Of a stretch of 64,000 bases of DNA, positions 60,409-64,000 are shown piece by piece. The notes below the pieces were generated by a model. It saw only the letters and a program-made list of their open reading frames with translations, ran no database searches and was not told the DNA's origin. The DNA is from Guillardia theta CCMP2712. Its lineage: Eukaryota; Protista; Cryptophyta. The DNA lies in contig NW_005434589.1 of assembly GCF_000315625.1 (NCBI RefSeq), positions 199,330 through 263,329 of the forward strand, in the 5' to 3' direction. The position numbers were made by a program, and so were the translations under genes. The stretch's first letter is position 1. Each line of letters begins with the position of its first letter.

Positions 60409-63400
60409 ATGTCGCTCTGCTGAGAGGGGACACCTGGAAATGCGCTCGGGATCAAGGTACGGCGGCGCATTAAGTGGAGACGACGGAGGGAAGGTTTCAG
60501 ATGTACAGGACACAAGATTGAAGAGAACAACTCAGATAGAATCGTGTTAGATGAAGATGTGATGGAGCTGGCAAAGTGAAACTTTGTCATGGTCAGACAT
60601 CCAGTTTGCAGAATCCTTTCCTACGGGATTATTGGGGTGTGCGATTGAAGAGCGAGGGACAATGAGGGAGAAGCAGGACAAGGAGGTCGTACAGACAAAA
60701 TGGATTTAGAGACGAAAGGACAAGAAGAAGTGAAGCATGAAGGGCGATGGGCTGATTGATTGTCATGAGCAGGGTCCGTACACGAAACAAGAATGCGAGC
60801 GAGACAGCGTCTCATGGTAGATGTAGACCTATTTGCGTGCTCTTGTTTCTCACATCGCCTCTTTTTGGTCGAACTTTGACTTGGGCTGGCTGATGTGGCT
60901 ACATCATCAGCCAGGTAATCATCAAACGATCTCTGGCAGATTGTTGTATATTTTTTGCCTCGATTTTCATCTAAGCATTGTGATGTCTTAGTGTTGAGTT
61001 TCCAACCGATCATGGGCATTTCGGAAGCACGATTGAAGAGGTGTTGCTGGAGCAGAGGCTTGCTGTGAAAGACGATTCTCATGCTTTCATGTTAGATCCG
61101 TGAGAGAACACGACAGCAGGGCATGCAGCTTGTCTCAGAGTCTGCAAGGGTGCTCTAGAATGCCTTCATTGACTGCAAGGTTGACTTGCCACAGGGGATG
61201 ACTATCAGAGAGATAGAATCTTTCTGGCCGTCCAAGTTTGGGTGAGTACAACAAGTTACACCCAATTCAGTACGTGAGTTTGATACTAATCCAGGATCAA
61301 CCTTCCGACTGAAGATTGTGGATTTCGGGTCTTCTTCATCTCTGCATGCCTTGTTGCCAAGGCAGTGACTTTCTCTTGATGCAGAGCGCATTAGATCTCT
61401 TCAGAGGTTTGCAGGTAGTATCAAATTGCGAAAGGTACCACAGGCTCTTCTTATGCTGTGGCAGGGTTTCGTTGTCAGGGTTTCGTCTTACGGGAAGGAA
61501 AACGTCGTCACCGTAGATCCAAATTATGCCTCCAAAGTACCACAGGCTAGAGTCTCTGCTGGTATCACTACTCCGCAAAGCCAAGTCGTCAATGCCCCAC
61601 TGAGCAGAGGGCTAGCCGTTGAGCAGAGGGCAGCCACGAATGCTCCGAGCATTCCTGTGAAGAAGCTGGAACAGCCGAAGAGTACTGGTCACAATGCTGT
61701 GGTGGCGAGCAAGATGCAAGTAAATTCTCAGATTCAACAAAGTCAAAGCGTCACACGAGAAGCTCACATCCAGCAGTCTGCAGCCGTTGCACGGGGGTCT
61801 TCGAATCTTCCGCATGTCGTTCCAACGTTGCCGCACTCAACTTCGAACAAACCAGCAGAACAGGCTCAACAAGCTGAACGGTGGTCGAGTCAACAGGTCA
61901 ACCGGACAGATTGTATATGTTATGAATCATTCATTTTCTTTGTATCTGTCATTGTATGAATTTTCCTTGATCACCTTTGATTGACACTATAGCTACGAAT
62001 TTCTTTGTGAACAGATGAGATTATTTCATCTTTGGTGAAATTTTGCTCCATGCGCAGGTCTTGTCGTGGCTGCGTAGCACTTTGAATAAAGCTGGAGTTC
62101 AAGAGAAGGCAATTGATCTCTATACCAAGAAGTTTCAGCTGCATGGCAAGTTGTTGAATCGATTTACACCCATGCTCATTTGATGGATACAGAGATCCAA
62201 GGAAGCCATTTAAAGCTTCTTGATAACCAGCGCCTGAGGTTTATGTCGAGAATGTAAAGGTCTATTCTAAACAAGCAACACAGAGAAGATCTTGGTATCG
62301 CCATCCTTGGTCATCGATTAGCAATTTTGGAGGTAGGACCGACTTTTGAGATTCAAATGTCCCTTGGTTAAGACAACTTATACATGTTCTGTGACAGGCG
62401 TGCCATCATCTCTTTCCACAAGTATGTCAAAGCGCCTCTGCAACTCAATTTTTCAATGCGACCACCCTCGTGTAACATGGAACCTTCCGTAGGCGAAAAT
62501 CATGCAGGCATCGTCAGTTGGCGTCACGAAGAATGATCCTAGTAATTTGAAATCAGCGAGTCGCCTCATGAAACTGATGAGTTCTCGCGTTCTTCTCCTC
62601 AGTCATAATGGAGCTCTTTAAACTTCATCAGACAAACCTAAATGCTATCTCAAAGTTGCAAACTGACCTCCAAGCAGCTGAGAGACGATTAGCAGAGATG
62701 GTGAGGCGACGAGGATAGCCATTTTTCTCGTGTTCATCTTTGATTTACTTCGTTGTCTTCCAGGCACGGGACTCGAATACCGCTTCAAAATCCTCATCGC
62801 AAAGTGTTCTTCCAGCTGGCACAACCAATACTGTGAAGAGTGCCGGAGAGAGAAAGATTATTTCCAGCAAGGCAATCGCGAAGACAGCAGGGCAAACGGA
62901 AGCAGCACCCGCTACTCAACAACATGCATCTGCGCCACAAGTTCAGTTGTCAACATTTCCACAAGATGCCAACAGAATGACGCACTTCGTCTCATTGCCG
63001 ATTGTAAATCCAAGCATCTTGCAGAATGTTGCCAGAATCCAACAGTCGCTGATGAAGTCACACCCAATCTTACGAAGTGGAATGATCGACATCACCAAAT
63101 TGCACATCTCTCTTGCTGTGTTCCGATGTGACAACGATGATGCTCTTTCTAGAGTCCGCAAGGCTCTGCAAGCAAGAGCCCAAGATATCATCGAGTGTGT
63201 GAAGAATCGAGAGGGTTCAAACGTCTCTTCTCTTAAGGTTGCAGGTCTTTCAATGTTCGGGAACCAAGTCCTCTGGTTGAAGATTTCAGATCACGAATTC
63301 TTGCAGAGGATTTCATCTATTGTTTTGGAGGCGGTGAAGAGCGCTGGTAATGGAGTGAAGCTTGCCTCTACCAGCGGGGACAATCAATTCCATCTGACCA

Positions 63401-63912
63401 TCTGGAAGCTCAGCAAGATGAAAGACCTGAAAGTGGTGCGCAGGACGTTGATGCAAATTTCCAACACCCTGGTCTACAATCAGTGGGCTAATCGGGGCTT
63501 TGGTGAAGAGAAACTCGCAGCGATTCACTTGTGCGCCATGTCAGGAGGAGGGAGGACTGGGCAGGGACGTCTATACAAAGTAGAGAGCTTCATTAAGCTC
63601 GCTGCTTCCTCCTCGTGCCTACCTTCAGTCGTCTCCTGGAATTGCAATTACTCAAGAGACTACCAGAAGGCCTCGGAAGACGAAGCAAGATACCAGCTTT
63701 CGGTAAGCTCTCAGCGTGGTAAACCTAGCTGGACCTCCATGCCTTCAGTCGTCTCCTGGTTTCCTCAGACTAGAAAGGGCAAACGGCCTCCTCCTCCTTC
63801 CAACTCTAGCAATCAGAAGATCGAGCGGAGGTATGGCGCCTGGAGCAGCATGCCGTCTGTGGTCTCGTGGTTCTCTACGGGAGGGAGCAAGAGTCCAGCT
63901 AAGAAACGATGA
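60409..63912 (+). CDS. OST-HTH/LOTUS + SAM + AKAP7-like 2H phosphoesterase protein
   Basis: Spliced GMTIREIESFWPSKFG|INLPTEDCGFR|SALDLFR|GFVVRV (LOTUS-like); WSSQQ|VLSWL…EIQGSHLKLL…EDLGIAILGHRLAIL (SAM); THFVSLPI…LHISL…FHLTI (two HxS/T motifs). The start is uncertain. Confidence 0.78.
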
Positions 63913-64000
63913 GTTTACCCAAGTCTGCTGGAGATTGCAGCAACCGGAGAAGCGGAGGGAATGAGAAGAAGAGGAGACAGCCAAAGGGTCAAGCAAACGG

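Overview
Gene-dense eukaryotic nuclear DNA with many very short (~45-55 nt) GT-AG introns. The style suggests a cryptophyte alga such as Guillardia theta (inference only). Recognisable genes: DUS1, RPS7, PP2A scaffold A subunit (1-nt frameshift), two inverted PiT/PHO4 phosphate transporter paralogues, a GlnRS with a signal peptide, class 2 DHODH, DMAP1/SWC4, an EEP-fold hydrolase and a giant secreted RCC1/Cys-rich protein. Unusual genes: a MORN-pseudokinase-RING protein, a bacterial-type (Sll1717-like) P-loop ATPase, a LOTUS-SAM-2H phosphoesterase, a secreted precursor of seven 22-aa repeats and a disrupted 2OG-Fe(II) oxygenase. A Copia remnant is also present. The most striking non-coding signal is a set of ~10 intergenic GC-rich islands built from one small motif vocabulary (CCGG, CGGCCG, GAGTC/GACTC, GTGAC/GTCAC, CGTACG). 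A duplicated gene fragment abutting one island has gained clustered small insertions that create these same motifs, which suggests a local, directional sequence-rewriting process. Exon boundaries and several start codons were placed by eye and are approximate.
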